This document shows positions 44,016-53,069 of a stretch of 62,158 nt of DNA, in pieces; the first letter of the stretch is position 1, and the number at the start of each line of letters is the position of its first letter. The stretch covers positions 1 to 62,158 of the forward strand of contig JAFGIK010000072.1 of NCBI GenBank assembly GCA_016929645.1. Direction: 5' to 3'. The stretch is from Candidatus Dojkabacteria bacterium. Lineage in GTDB: Bacteria > Patescibacteriota > Dojkabacteria > SC72 > JAFGCJ01. The notes beneath the pieces were generated by a model. That model did no database searches. It was not told where the DNA came from and saw only the letters and a list, made by a program, of their open reading frames with translations. A program made the position numbers and the translations under genes.

Positions 44016-45023
44016 ATGTCTGCACTTAAAGGAAAAATCAAGACTATTGATGAATCAGAACAATATGATGAGTATGAGGTAGAGTTGCTGAATGGTGATC
44101 AGAAAGGGGAAAAAATTACTATTCAAATACCTAAAGGACAGAATGTTGTTACTTGGGGCGTTGAATATTCTATTGGAGATGATGTTTATATTCAAGAAGC
44201 TCAAATAGGTGAGGACAAAATGTATTCGTTTGAAGGACGTGTACGCACTTTTCCTATAATTATTCTTGCTCTTCTTTTCGCTGGTTTATCTATTGCTATT
44301 GGTAAAAAGAAAGGACTCGGTTCCTTAGTTGGCCTAATATTCAGTATTGCTATTTTGTTCGGAGTGACAGTACCAGCAATGGTTGCGGGCTATAGTCCAT
44401 TAATTGTTGGAGCAGCTTCTATAATTCTAATCCTTATCCCCACGATGTATATGTCTCATGGCTTCAATCCTAAGACAACGATAGCGTTAATTGGGACTGT
44501 TGTTTCAATTATTATTTCTTTAGTGATCGGGCAGATTTTTGTCTATTTGTGTAAACTTTCAGGGGTAGCAACAGAAGATTCAAGAGTTCTTGCTATGCAA
44601 TTAAGTGAGAATATTAATTTTCGGGGAATACTTCTTTTAAGTTTGATAATTGGTGCTGTCGGTGTTATTGACGATGTTACTGTAAGTCAGGTATCGACTA
44701 TTGTTGAAATATTCAAAGCTAATCCTAAAGTTGATCTCAAACGATTATTAGACAGTTCTATGACTGTAGGAAGGGATCATATTGCGTCGATGATAAACTC
44801 TCTTGTAATGGCCTATGTTGGTGCGTCATTGCCATTTATTATGCTTCTTTATGCAGTAAAAATGGATTTCTGGCAAGTATTGAGCCTTGAATTTATTACT
44901 GAAGAAGTTGTAAGGACACTTACTGGTAGTATTGCTTTAATTATTGCTGTTCCGATTACATCATTTATTGCATGTTATGCGGTAACTAGACCAGGAAGTG
45001 TGAAAAAATGGGTGAACATGTAG
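44016..45023 (+). CDS. YibE/F-like polytopic membrane protein
   Basis: N-terminal soluble segment (GKIKTIDESEQYDEYEVELLNGDQKGEKITIQ...YSIGDDVYIQE) is followed by GKKKGLGSLVGL and multiple TM helices. Family assigned by pattern only. Confidence 0.55.
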   Translation: MSALKGKIKTIDESEQYDEYEVELLNGDQKGEKITIQIPKGQNVVTWGVEYSIGDDVYIQEAQIGEDKMYSFEGRVRTFPIIILALLFAGLSIAIGKKKGLGSLVGLIFSIAILFGVTVPAMVAGYSPLIVGAASIILILIPTMYMSHGFNPKTTIALIGTVVSIIISLVIGQIFVYLCKLSGVATEDSRVLAMQLSENINFRGILLLSLIIGAVGVIDDVTVSQVSTIVEIFKANPKVDLKRLLDSSMTVGRDHIASMINSLVMAYVGASLPFIMLLYAVKMDFWQVLSLEFITEEVVRTLTGSIALIIAVPITSFIACYAVTRPGSVKKWVNM

Positions 45024-45150
45024 ACTAATTTTTACTGATACATGATAGTGCTGAATTTGTCCTAAAAATTGACATAGTGGAATGTTGCTCCTATACTGAT
45101 ATTGAAAAATAATCATATACATTATTATTTAATTTATTAACTATTTATAA

Positions 45151-45477
45151 ATGGCTGAGAAAAAAACAGAAACAAATCAAACGAAAAAAGGTATGGATCC
45201 TAAAGTTGCTGGTCTTCTCGCATGGCTTTTTTGTCCAATTAGCAGCTTGATCTTTATGTTGATTGAGGATATGAAACAGGATAAAACAATTCAGCACCAT
45301 GCAAAACAATCGCTATGGTATGGAATTATCAATATTGCAGCAATGGCGATTATTTGGGTGCCATGTATTGGTTGGTTAATTGGTGTTGCATTTTTAGTTG
45401 GCAGATTAATCTTTGCTTTCCAGGCATATAGTGGAAAAGAAGTAAAAGTACCAGTAATTGGTGACATGATCAAGTAA
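45151..45477 (+). CDS. Small DUF4870-like membrane protein
   Basis: VAGLLAWLFCPISSLIFMLIEDMKQDKTIQHHAKQSLWYGIINIAAMAIIW. Confidence 0.5.
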   Translation: MAEKKTETNQTKKGMDPKVAGLLAWLFCPISSLIFMLIEDMKQDKTIQHHAKQSLWYGIINIAAMAIIWVPCIGWLIGVAFLVGRLIFAFQAYSGKEVKVPVIGDMIK

Positions 45478-45500
45478 TCGGAATTTTTTGATTTGTAGAT

Positions 45501-45528
45501 AAAGGAGGCAGCGAAAGCTGCCTCCTTT
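45501..45528. terminator. Bidirectional intrinsic terminator between convergent genes
   Basis: AAAGGAGGCAGC-GAAA-GCTGCCTCCTTT forms a 12-bp stem with a GNRA loop. A/T runs on both sides are included in the stem. Confidence 0.7.
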
Positions 45529-45543
45529 GTTGATATTAAAAGT

Positions 45544-46731
45544 CTAACGATTTGGGCCATCGGCTAGCTTTTTCTTTGCAGGCACAAAAAAGATTATGTA
45601 TGCGGTCAATGCGATCAGTGAAGCTATTGCCGTTGCTAATAGATATATATTCGCAGATGAATTTTTTATTACGATACCCCCAATCCATATGTAAAAAGTG
45701 GATAAAAGTCTGAAGAGGAGTGAATTAAACGAAATAATGCTTGCCGTGTATTGTTTCTTTGCCAGTTTAGTGATCCTGACTTCAAGAATGGTTTGAATGA
45801 AAGAGCCAAAAATAAATGATAAAACAATGCTAACTATACTTATAATTGGTATCTGAATGCTGGCTGCTATAACTATTGCAATAACGTAAAATATTGAAGC
45901 TGCGAAGATTTTTAATTTTCTATTTTTCTTTATAATAATTCTCGAGCCTATTGCGTTTGCGGCAAAAGTTAAGCCGAGAACAAGTCCCCAAAATGATTTA
46001 TCCAAAGAAAGGTTTTCAAATAAAGGATTAGATATCCATTTAAAGCTTACCAAATATACAGTGATAATACTTTGGATCAAAATTGCTGATATTAAATACT
46101 TGTTATTTATTGAGTGTTTTACCCCGTTTATAGCTTCGGCAAATATATTCGCCTTTGTTTTTGAGTTTTCTTTCTTTGACTTTATAGAAATTATTAATGC
46201 AAATGATATGATAAGTGTTATTCCCGTTAATAGAACAGGTAAAACTGGGTTAAACTTAAACATGATTGACCCAAAAACTGAGGCAAGAAGTTGGATGATT
46301 ATGCTTGTTGATTTAAGATTCGGATAATCCTTCTTCAAGTCGTCTGATAATGAATTAAATAAAGCATTATGACTTCCTGATATTAACGATTGTCCTGTGG
46401 CAAGACCAAATAAAACGAAAAAGTATACAAATGGTGTCGTGTGCAAGCAGAAAAGTAACATTGATATTCCTGAAAACAGGTAGCCAAGAATCAGTGATAA
46501 TTTATGTGAATAGTAATCTCCAATTACCCCTGTTGGATATTCCATGATAACAATACTCAAACTGTAAGCTCCGACTAGCCAATATGCTTGTTCCGTAGTT
46601 ATTTGTTGAAATTGCATGTATGCTATACCAACAGATATCCAGAATGTCATTGAGCTGATAAATGTTGCAAACTTAAGCTTTGTGAGATCTGATTTTCTAT
46701 TTTTACTCTCCATTAATGTATTTGTTGTCAA
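45544..46731 (-). CDS. MFS-type transporter
   Basis: 395 aa with about 12 hydrophobic helices and a central basic loop (SKKENSKTKANIF). The GVIGDYYSHK motif sits after TM2 in the MFS signature position. Confidence 0.65.
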   Translation of the reverse strand: MTTNTLMESKNRKSDLTKLKFATFISSMTFWISVGIAYMQFQQITTEQAYWLVGAYSLSIVIMEYPTGVIGDYYSHKLSLILGYLFSGISMLLFCLHTTPFVYFFVLFGLATGQSLISGSHNALFNSLSDDLKKDYPNLKSTSIIIQLLASVFGSIMFKFNPVLPVLLTGITLIISFALIISIKSKKENSKTKANIFAEAINGVKHSINNKYLISAILIQSIITVYLVSFKWISNPLFENLSLDKSFWGLVLGLTFAANAIGSRIIIKKNRKLKIFAASIFYVIAIVIAASIQIPIISIVSIVLSFIFGSFIQTILEVRITKLAKKQYTASIISFNSLLFRLLSTFYIWIGGIVIKNSSANIYLLATAIASLIALTAYIIFFVPAKKKLADGPNR

Positions 46732-46887
46732 ATATTTTCCTGCGCTAATATTATAGCTGATCTATATTGAATAAGTTAGATCAGCAAGATCATAGAATCA
46801 TAACACTATTTGTATTTTGCAAGCTGTACTTAACTTGTACTAAATTTATACTCAATTTGGATATCTTTCTTTAAAAGGGTAGTGCTG

Positions 46888-46896
46888 TGGTATAAT
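46888..46896 (+). promoter_or_regulatory. Extended -10 promoter TGgTATAAT for tRNA-Ser(UGA)
   Basis: TG at 46888-89 and TATAAT at 46891-96, 36 nt upstream of the tRNA 5' end. Confidence 0.45.
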
Positions 46897-46931
46897 CAGC
46901 GTAGTTTTGATCTCTTGGTTGAATTTAGCAT

Positions 46932-47171
<240 letters not shown>

Positions 47172-47533
47172 TCAGTCATTCATTATTCGGACTCTATCAA
47201 TTTCCATCAACTTTTCGATAGCTGGTGTATATTTTACCTCAATAATTTTCTTCATCATTTACAACGATTTTATTAAAGAAGAATTTCTTAAGAAGGTATC
47301 AAAAAGATATTTAGCTGAAGAGAAATTCTAATGACAAAAAGTAAAGAAGATATTTTGTTTGCGGTTGTTTAATAACAAGAATAATGTAGGTTTTGAGAAT
47401 GAATTGAATAAACTTATATAGAGATCTGCTTAAAAATATTCCAAAATAGGTATTTTGTGCGTCGCAATACCTACTTCTATATTCCGATATATAAGTACTT
47501 GTGTTTTCTTTTGTATTCTGATATATTAGTAAT

Positions 47534-48970
47534 GTGAAAAAACTAAAAAAAGACCAAATACTGGCTTATTTACAAAATCAACTATCACAATCATCTTCAA
47601 GATTAAAAGGTTACACAATTGATCAGGAAGGGAAAGGATATTTTCGAAGAAGTGCGGCTCTGGTCATCGATAAATATATAAAGGATTTTAAGAATAAGGG
47701 TGTTGAGCCTAGATGGATAGCAATACCAGGTTTGCGCGGTGTTGGAAAGACAACAATGCTGGCTCAGATTTATACATCTTTAAAGTGTGAGAATAACCAT
47801 AAGCTCTATATTTCTCTTGATGAAGTAAAAAACGTTTTAAATGTTTCTTTGGCTGAGGTTTTAGAAGTCTATGAAGAAATACTTGGAAGTGTTTTTGAAC
47901 AACTTAAATCAGAAGTATATCTTTTTGTCGATGAGGTTCATTATGATCCAGAGTGGAGTTCTGTACTGAAAACAATTTATGACAGAACGAAAAAAACATT
48001 TATTATTTGTACAGGTTCATCGGCATTATCAATACAGGGAAATCCTGATGTATCAAGACGCATAGTATTAAGAAAACTTTATCCAATAAGTTTTACAGAG
48101 TATCAATTACTGAAAAATAGGAAATTCCCGGTTAAAGGATTGGCAGAGTCTATAAGATCTGCATTATTTCAGGCAGGAACTGCAAATGAGGTCTATCAGA
48201 ATTTATCTAAACTTGAGCGAAAGGTTAATCAATACTGGATTAATATCGATCGATTAGAGCTTGAAAGATATTTAAATTATGGAACAATCCCTTTTACATT
48301 GCAGTACCAGAATAATGAAGCTCTCATATATCAACAAATCGATCAAACACTGAATAATATTGTTTATAAAGATTTACCTCTATTCAGTAAATTTGATTCC
48401 GCGACGATTTCCCAAGTTTTACAAATACTCTACACAATTGCTAGTCAGGATGTAACAAGTGTTAATAAAATAGCAAGAATTTTTAAAATCTCGCCAATTA
48501 CACTTGCTGACATTCTTAATGTTTTATCAAAATGTGAAGTCTTATTTAGAGTCTTACCATATGGTACTCATATAGGACAGGTAAAAAAACCATCAAAATA
48601 TTTATTTGTATCACCAGCTTACAGAAGCGTATTTTTTAATCTCATGGGAAGTACACAGAGTTTTAACTATTACAAAGGAAAATTACTCGAAGACACAGTT
48701 GGTTTGTATTTATATAGAATATTTCAAGATAAGATCAGTACTTCAGTAACATACGATAGTTCGGAGAAAGGTGCAGATTTCATAGTGAAGATTAATGAAA
48801 ATATTGTTCCTGTAGAGGTTGGTTACGGGAACAAAGATTTTAAACAGGTAGAAAAAACTCTAGTTTTGACAAAAGGTCAATATGGTATATCTATATCTCC
48901 TTCACCTTTGATGCTGAATGAGAAAAAAACATCTGTTTTAGTACCTTTGAAGTTCTTTTTATTGATTTAG
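47534..48970 (+). CDS. AAA+ ATPase of the COG1373 type (AAA_14 + DUF4143-like)
   Basis: GTG start, Walker A PGLRGVGKTTML and Walker B YLFVDEVHY. The C-terminal part is DUF4143-like with a restriction-endonuclease-like tail (GADFIVKINENIVPVEVGYG). Confidence 0.65.
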   Translation: MKKLKKDQILAYLQNQLSQSSSRLKGYTIDQEGKGYFRRSAALVIDKYIKDFKNKGVEPRWIAIPGLRGVGKTTMLAQIYTSLKCENNHKLYISLDEVKNVLNVSLAEVLEVYEEILGSVFEQLKSEVYLFVDEVHYDPEWSSVLKTIYDRTKKTFIICTGSSALSIQGNPDVSRRIVLRKLYPISFTEYQLLKNRKFPVKGLAESIRSALFQAGTANEVYQNLSKLERKVNQYWINIDRLELERYLNYGTIPFTLQYQNNEALIYQQIDQTLNNIVYKDLPLFSKFDSATISQVLQILYTIASQDVTSVNKIARIFKISPITLADILNVLSKCEVLFRVLPYGTHIGQVKKPSKYLFVSPAYRSVFFNLMGSTQSFNYYKGKLLEDTVGLYLYRIFQDKISTSVTYDSSEKGADFIVKINENIVPVEVGYGNKDFKQVEKTLVLTKGQYGISISPSPLMLNEKKTSVLVPLKFFLLI

Positions 48971-48984
48971 ATTTGTTATTTTAA

Positions 48985-49142
48985 GATGAAATTGCATTAT
49001 TTGATGGTAAAGGAAAAACAATGCGCCACATAAAGTTTTATTCTCTTGCCGACGTAAACGAGCAACGACTTATGGGAATGTTAAATATTGTTTATAAGAA
49101 AAGTAAGTGCAAGGACGTTATTGAATTTAAAAAACATGATTA
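48985..49142 (+). pseudogene. Possible C-terminal remnant of a DUF1801/YdhG-like gene
   Basis: The open frame reads DEIALFDGKGKTMRHIKFYSLADVNEQRLMGMLNIVYKKSKCKDVIEFKKHD*. The GKxMRHIKFxSLxDV...L string resembles the C-terminus of DUF1801 proteins, from memory. It has no N-terminal part and a stop lies just upstream at 48982. Confidence 0.3.
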
Positions 49143-49198
49143 AAAGGCTGTATTGCAAAAGCTCAAGAGAAAAATAAGTTTATAGTAGATACAACAAA

Positions 49199-49762
49199 AT
49201 GGCTGATCTTAGTGTGTTCTATAAAAATGATGTTTCGACAGGTAAATATAAGATTAAAACCTTATGCTACCTGAGAAGAGTGAATAACCGTGGCGAAACT
49301 GAGTACCTTCTTGGCAAGCATTACAAGCAAGGTAAATGGAATGGTTTTGGCGGTAAAGTCGGTGATAAAGCGGAGTTCAAAAATGAAACAATTGAAGAGT
49401 CACTGGAGCGTGAAGGTTTGGAGGAATTTGGCATAAAGGTTATAAAACCTCAGAAAAGAGGTATTATCCTGTTTGTTTTTTATGATGAAGCTGGCCAAGA
49501 AAATAAGGTCCTTTGTCATTTATTTTTTGCAGATCAATATGAGGGTGAGATAACGGCGAGCGAAGAAATGCTTTCTCCCACCTGGTTTACTTTGGGTGAC
49601 ATGCCTTGGGAAGAAATGTGGCCTAACGATAGAATTTGGCTTGAGGAAGTGCTTAAGCGAGATCAATTTCTTAAGGCTGATTTTAAATTTGATCCTGCAA
49701 AGGGTTTGATTGCATCGAAGACGAAGATGGAGTGGAGTCCTATGCCAAAGAAATCCTACTAA
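49199..49762 (+). CDS. MTH1 (NUDT1)-like Nudix hydrolase, probable oxidised purine NTP pyrophosphatase
   Basis: GKWNGFGGKV...ETIEESLEREGLEEFGI (Nudix helix), then EEMLSPTWFTLGDMPWEEMWPNDRIWLEEVLKRDQFLKADFKF. This parallels human MTH1 GRWNGFGGKV...[40 protein letters not shown], recalled from memory. Confidence 0.8.
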   Translation: MADLSVFYKNDVSTGKYKIKTLCYLRRVNNRGETEYLLGKHYKQGKWNGFGGKVGDKAEFKNETIEESLEREGLEEFGIKVIKPQKRGIILFVFYDEAGQENKVLCHLFFADQYEGEITASEEMLSPTWFTLGDMPWEEMWPNDRIWLEEVLKRDQFLKADFKFDPAKGLIASKTKMEWSPMPKKSY

Positions 49763-49834
49763 ATTTAGGAATATCCCATATTTTTTTATTGTGAATAAGT
49801 TTGTAAACAAGTTCAGGAACATATGCAACTCCTA

Positions 49835-49843
49835 TGCTATAAT
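49835..49843 (+). promoter_or_regulatory. Extended -10 promoter TGcTATAAT upstream of the cupin gene
   Basis: TG at 49835-36 and TATAAT at 49838-43, 33 nt before the ATG at 49876. Confidence 0.4.
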
Positions 49844-49875
49844 GAAAATATCATTAAATTCTCATTAATAATCTT

Positions 49876-50274
49876 ATGAAAGGATTCTCGACAAACATTG
49901 AGAAAGAAACCTTGGAAAACAGCAATTTTCGCAAGGTTTTATATACAGGAAAGCACAGCCAACTTGTGCTAATGTCTTTAAAGCCAAAAGAAGAAATTGG
50001 TATGGAAGTTCATACAGATAATGATCAATTTTTCCGATTCGAAAAAGGACAAGGAAAATGCATTATTGACGGTAATGAATACGAATTGAGTGACGGTGTA
50101 TGTATTGTTGTTCCTTCTGGATCTCAACACAATATTATCAACACATCTGAAACAGAAGATCTAAAACTATATACAATTTATTCTCCTGCTCATCACAAAG
50201 ATGGTGTGGTAAAAAACACGAAAGAAGAAGCTGAGGCTGATTCTCCTGAGTTTGATGGGGTGACAACCGAATAG
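49876..50274 (+). CDS. Cupin-domain protein
   Basis: GMEVHTDNDQFFRFEKGQG...VVPSGSQHNIIN has the cupin motif 1/2 arrangement. Length is 132 aa. Confidence 0.65.
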   Translation: MKGFSTNIEKETLENSNFRKVLYTGKHSQLVLMSLKPKEEIGMEVHTDNDQFFRFEKGQGKCIIDGNEYELSDGVCIVVPSGSQHNIINTSETEDLKLYTIYSPAHHKDGVVKNTKEEAEADSPEFDGVTTE

Positions 50275-50367
50275 ATTTCTATAGATGTTCGATTGATAAG
50301 AGATTGGTTATGTTCGATTAGGTGAAGAACATGGCGTTATATTAATTAATTATTAATATATTTCTAC

Positions 50368-50835
50368 ATGTCTGAATTATTAAAAAAAACAAAATCCTCC
50401 CAAACATTAATTGTCTCAATAACCGTGTTTGTGATTCTAGTATTAAGCGTTGCTGCTGTGGCAATTTTTTTCAAGATTTCGAATGGATTTAGTAATAATT
50501 CACTTTGTGATTCCGAATCTGAATTCATTGCAAATGATAAGGATGATGTCTCTATCTCTTGTGGTGATACTGTTATATTGACTGTCGTGTACAAAGGCTC
50601 GACAGGTTATTCTCCGTTTGATCCTCAATACGATACGTCAGTTTTTGAGTTAGTTGATGTTGAAGATAATGATGATAATAACGGACTTGTTGGTGGAGAT
50701 AATACCATTCGTACATACACCTTTAAATCGATCAACCAGTCAGATGGCTCTGTATTACAAGTTGGTATTTTTCAATCGTGGGATGCTCTAAATACTATGG
50801 AGATTCAGCAAGAGGTAAAGGTAATTGTTCGGTAA
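50368..50835 (+). CDS. Membrane-anchored chagasin-family (I42) cysteine-peptidase inhibitor-like protein
   Basis: N-terminal TM helix is followed by three chagasin-like loops in the right order: KGSTGYSPF (compare NPTTGYxW), GLVGGDNT (compare GxGG) and FQSWDA (compare RPW). Confidence 0.5.
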   Translation: MSELLKKTKSSQTLIVSITVFVILVLSVAAVAIFFKISNGFSNNSLCDSESEFIANDKDDVSISCGDTVILTVVYKGSTGYSPFDPQYDTSVFELVDVEDNDDNNGLVGGDNTIRTYTFKSINQSDGSVLQVGIFQSWDALNTMEIQQEVKVIVR

Positions 50836-50848
50836 TTAATTATGCTAT

Positions 50849-51064
50849 GTGTCTAAGTGTCCAACTTGTCATAATTCAAATGGATGTCCTTTTTGGGGAA
50901 AGTGTGAGGTTGCGATGTGCAGCATTAATAAAAAATTAAATGATTGTTCCGAATGTGGAGATTTTCCTTGTGAACTGCTGAAGAAATATGCCTATGATAA
51001 AGAGCAGGGGGACAATGGAAAACGAATAGATAATCTGAGAGAACTAAAGAAAGCGAAAGGATAG
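50849..51064 (+). CDS. Small Cys-rich DUF3795-like protein
   Basis: GTG start. The Cys pattern CPTC...GCPFWGKCEVAMC...CSECGDFPCELL resembles DUF3795. Confidence 0.4.
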   Translation: MSKCPTCHNSNGCPFWGKCEVAMCSINKKLNDCSECGDFPCELLKKYAYDKEQGDNGKRIDNLRELKKAKG

Positions 51065-51179
51065 GTGAGAAAAAGGATTTAAGGAACTTTTTTACTTGGG
51101 AATACAAGTTTGACTTATGGACTTTTTGGGATTACTTTAAAAGTAGTTATAGAGTTATTTCTGTAAATCGTAGAAATTT

Positions 51180-51662
51180 ATGAAAAATCCTATTAATCAT
51201 CCCATTATTAAAAATATTCTAAAAATTCTTATCATTGTTGTGTTAGGTTTTATTCTTCTAAATGTTGTATTTCTTCTTGATTTTGCATATCAGAGTCTTA
51301 TCAGATCTTTTTTAATGAATTTTCTTGTCAATGATCCAGAAGCGAACTTCTTCTGGATTCCTTTGTTGATGCATGGTTCCTTTGCAGCATTAATTTGTGT
51401 TGTTTCATATTTTGTTTTGAAAACCAGGATCAGCGCTTTGTTGAAAGCAACATACATGTCAGTTCCTATATGTGTTGTTCTAGTAACTGTTGGAATATTT
51501 CTCTATCGATGGCAAGTAATCGCTATTTTGGTTTGCTTGATAGTTGTCCTAGTAATTTTGACTTTTCTTCGGCTGAAGAAACTATCTTGGGAATACTATT
51601 TTTCGTTGATATTCTATAGCTCTGGTTTGCTGATAATGATCCTATTGGGCGTTGAAATATAA
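51180..51662 (+). CDS. Hypothetical 4-5 TM membrane protein
   Basis: 160-aa ORF, strongly hydrophobic, with no recognisable motif. Confidence 0.4.
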   Translation: MKNPINHPIIKNILKILIIVVLGFILLNVVFLLDFAYQSLIRSFLMNFLVNDPEANFFWIPLLMHGSFAALICVVSYFVLKTRISALLKATYMSVPICVVLVTVGIFLYRWQVIAILVCLIVVLVILTFLRLKKLSWEYYFSLIFYSSGLLIMILLGVEI

Positions 51663-51714
51663 CGTTTTTTTATTGCATCCTGGGCATTTAATTAATTTTT
51701 AATTTAAACCAATA

Positions 51715-52083
51715 ATGAAATCGACGGTCAGTAAGGGTTTGTATTGGACTCCAAGGATTTTATCAATACTTTTTCTTGTTTTTCTTTTTCTCATGTCACT
51801 GGATGTTTTTGATGCTGAATTAAGTCTTTGGGAGATAGTTCGTGCATTTTTCATTCACAATATTCCTGCAATTGTATTACTTATTATTCTTGTCATCTCC
51901 TGGAAGTATGAGGTTGTTGGTGCAGTCGCTTTTTTCCTTGCTGGTCTCTTGTATATTTTTCTTGTTTTTCAAAATAATTTTGCCTGGTATAAGCTTGTTT
52001 GGGCGATTGAAATTAGTGGAATTTCTTTTCTTATCGCATCGTTATTTTTAGCAGGCTGGATTAAGAAGAGAAAAAAGAATTAA
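51715..52083 (+). CDS. Hypothetical 4-TM membrane protein
   Basis: 122-aa ORF with four hydrophobic helices and a basic C-terminus KKRKKN. Confidence 0.4.
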   Translation: MKSTVSKGLYWTPRILSILFLVFLFLMSLDVFDAELSLWEIVRAFFIHNIPAIVLLIILVISWKYEVVGAVAFFLAGLLYIFLVFQNNFAWYKLVWAIEISGISFLIASLFLAGWIKKRKKN

Positions 52084-52197
52084 GTATATTATTTTTTGCT
52101 CTATCATGAATAGAGTGAATTTTTAATGTAAGTTATAGCGAATACTCTATGGTTTGTGATATAATTGCAGTAGTATTTTACTTTTTAATCTAGTTTT

Positions 52198-52533
52198 ATG
52201 GCAGACGTAAATCAAACTACAGCAGCTCCTGCACAAAGTGCTACAACAACACAAGCACCAAGCAGTAGTGGTACAAACTGGAACGAGATTAGTGCTATTG
52301 CATCTCTTGTTCTTGGTATAATCAATCTTTGTTCATGGATTCTTCCACTTTGTGGTTGTCCAATGGCAATAATTGGTATTGTTACCGGTATTCTTGGACT
52401 TAAAACAGAGAAAAAGACATTGGCAATTGTTGGTATTGTATTATCAGGATTGGCTTTAATCGCCACAATTATCAATAGTATTCTTGGTGTTGCAATGAAT
52501 AGCTCAAATTATAGCTACGATTTCAACTACTAA
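52198..52533 (+). CDS. DUF4190-like small membrane protein
   Basis: A/T/Q/S-rich N-terminus, then ASLVLGIINLCSWILPLCGCPMAIIGIVTGILGLK and a second TM helix. Confidence 0.5.
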   Translation: MADVNQTTAAPAQSATTTQAPSSSGTNWNEISAIASLVLGIINLCSWILPLCGCPMAIIGIVTGILGLKTEKKTLAIVGIVLSGLALIATIINSILGVAMNSSNYSYDFNY

Positions 52534-52546
52534 CCTAGTTGTTGGA

Positions 52547-52605
52547 GGGCCCGCTTTTTTGTCACTAAATTTGGAGAGAAGGTGACAGAAAAGCGGGCCC
52601 TTTTT
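52547..52605 (+). terminator. Very strong intrinsic terminator (19-bp stem, one G-U) + T5
   Basis: GGGCCCGCTTTTTTGTCAC (52547-65) and GTGACAGAAAAGCGGGCCC (52582-600) flank a 16-nt loop and are followed by TTTTT. Confidence 0.8.
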
Positions 52606-52672
52606 GTTGACTCTTTATTTCTTTGCTGTCATACTGAATACAATAAATCTGTAAATTATCAATTGAACATAT

Positions 52673-53005
52673 ATGCAAGAGATTCCAGTTTGGTTTTGGA
52701 TGCTCGTAATCGGAGGATTATCTGCAATGTTGGGTTATATCCTTTATTATGTTGCTTTATTAATGAAGGAAAGTATGTTAACTATGAAGGAAGTTCGGTT
52801 TCTTATTGTGGATTTCAGTGATGTTATGGATAACATGAAATCTACTATGGAGAAACTTGAGGATACTGTAAATGTTGTAAACACGACGGTCAAGATGGTT
52901 TCGACTTCAATTATTACTCCAATTACTGCGGTAACATCATTTTTTTCTGGTATTAAGGATTTTGTGACTGGTCTTGCGCAAGAAGAGTCTGAAGATGAGG
53001 ATTAG
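52673..53005 (+). CDS. DUF948-like membrane-anchored coiled-coil protein
   Basis: Single N-terminal TM helix (WFWMLVIGGLSAMLGYILYYVALL) followed by helical repeats. Adjacency to a YtxH gene mirrors Firmicutes. Confidence 0.4.
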   Translation: MQEIPVWFWMLVIGGLSAMLGYILYYVALLMKESMLTMKEVRFLIVDFSDVMDNMKSTMEKLEDTVNVVNTTVKMVSTSIITPITAVTSFFSGIKDFVTGLAQEESEDED

Positions 53006-53069
53006 TTTGCTCCTTTTTGGGCAATCTATAGAGTGCTTTTTAGATTAAATTAAATTTATATTTTTTATT

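Noticed and set aside
52582-52821. 79-aa ORF starting with GTG inside the terminator stem
   Set aside because: The start codon lies in the right arm of the 19-bp terminator. The ORF overlaps the better-supported DUF948-like ORF (52673-53005) in another frame.
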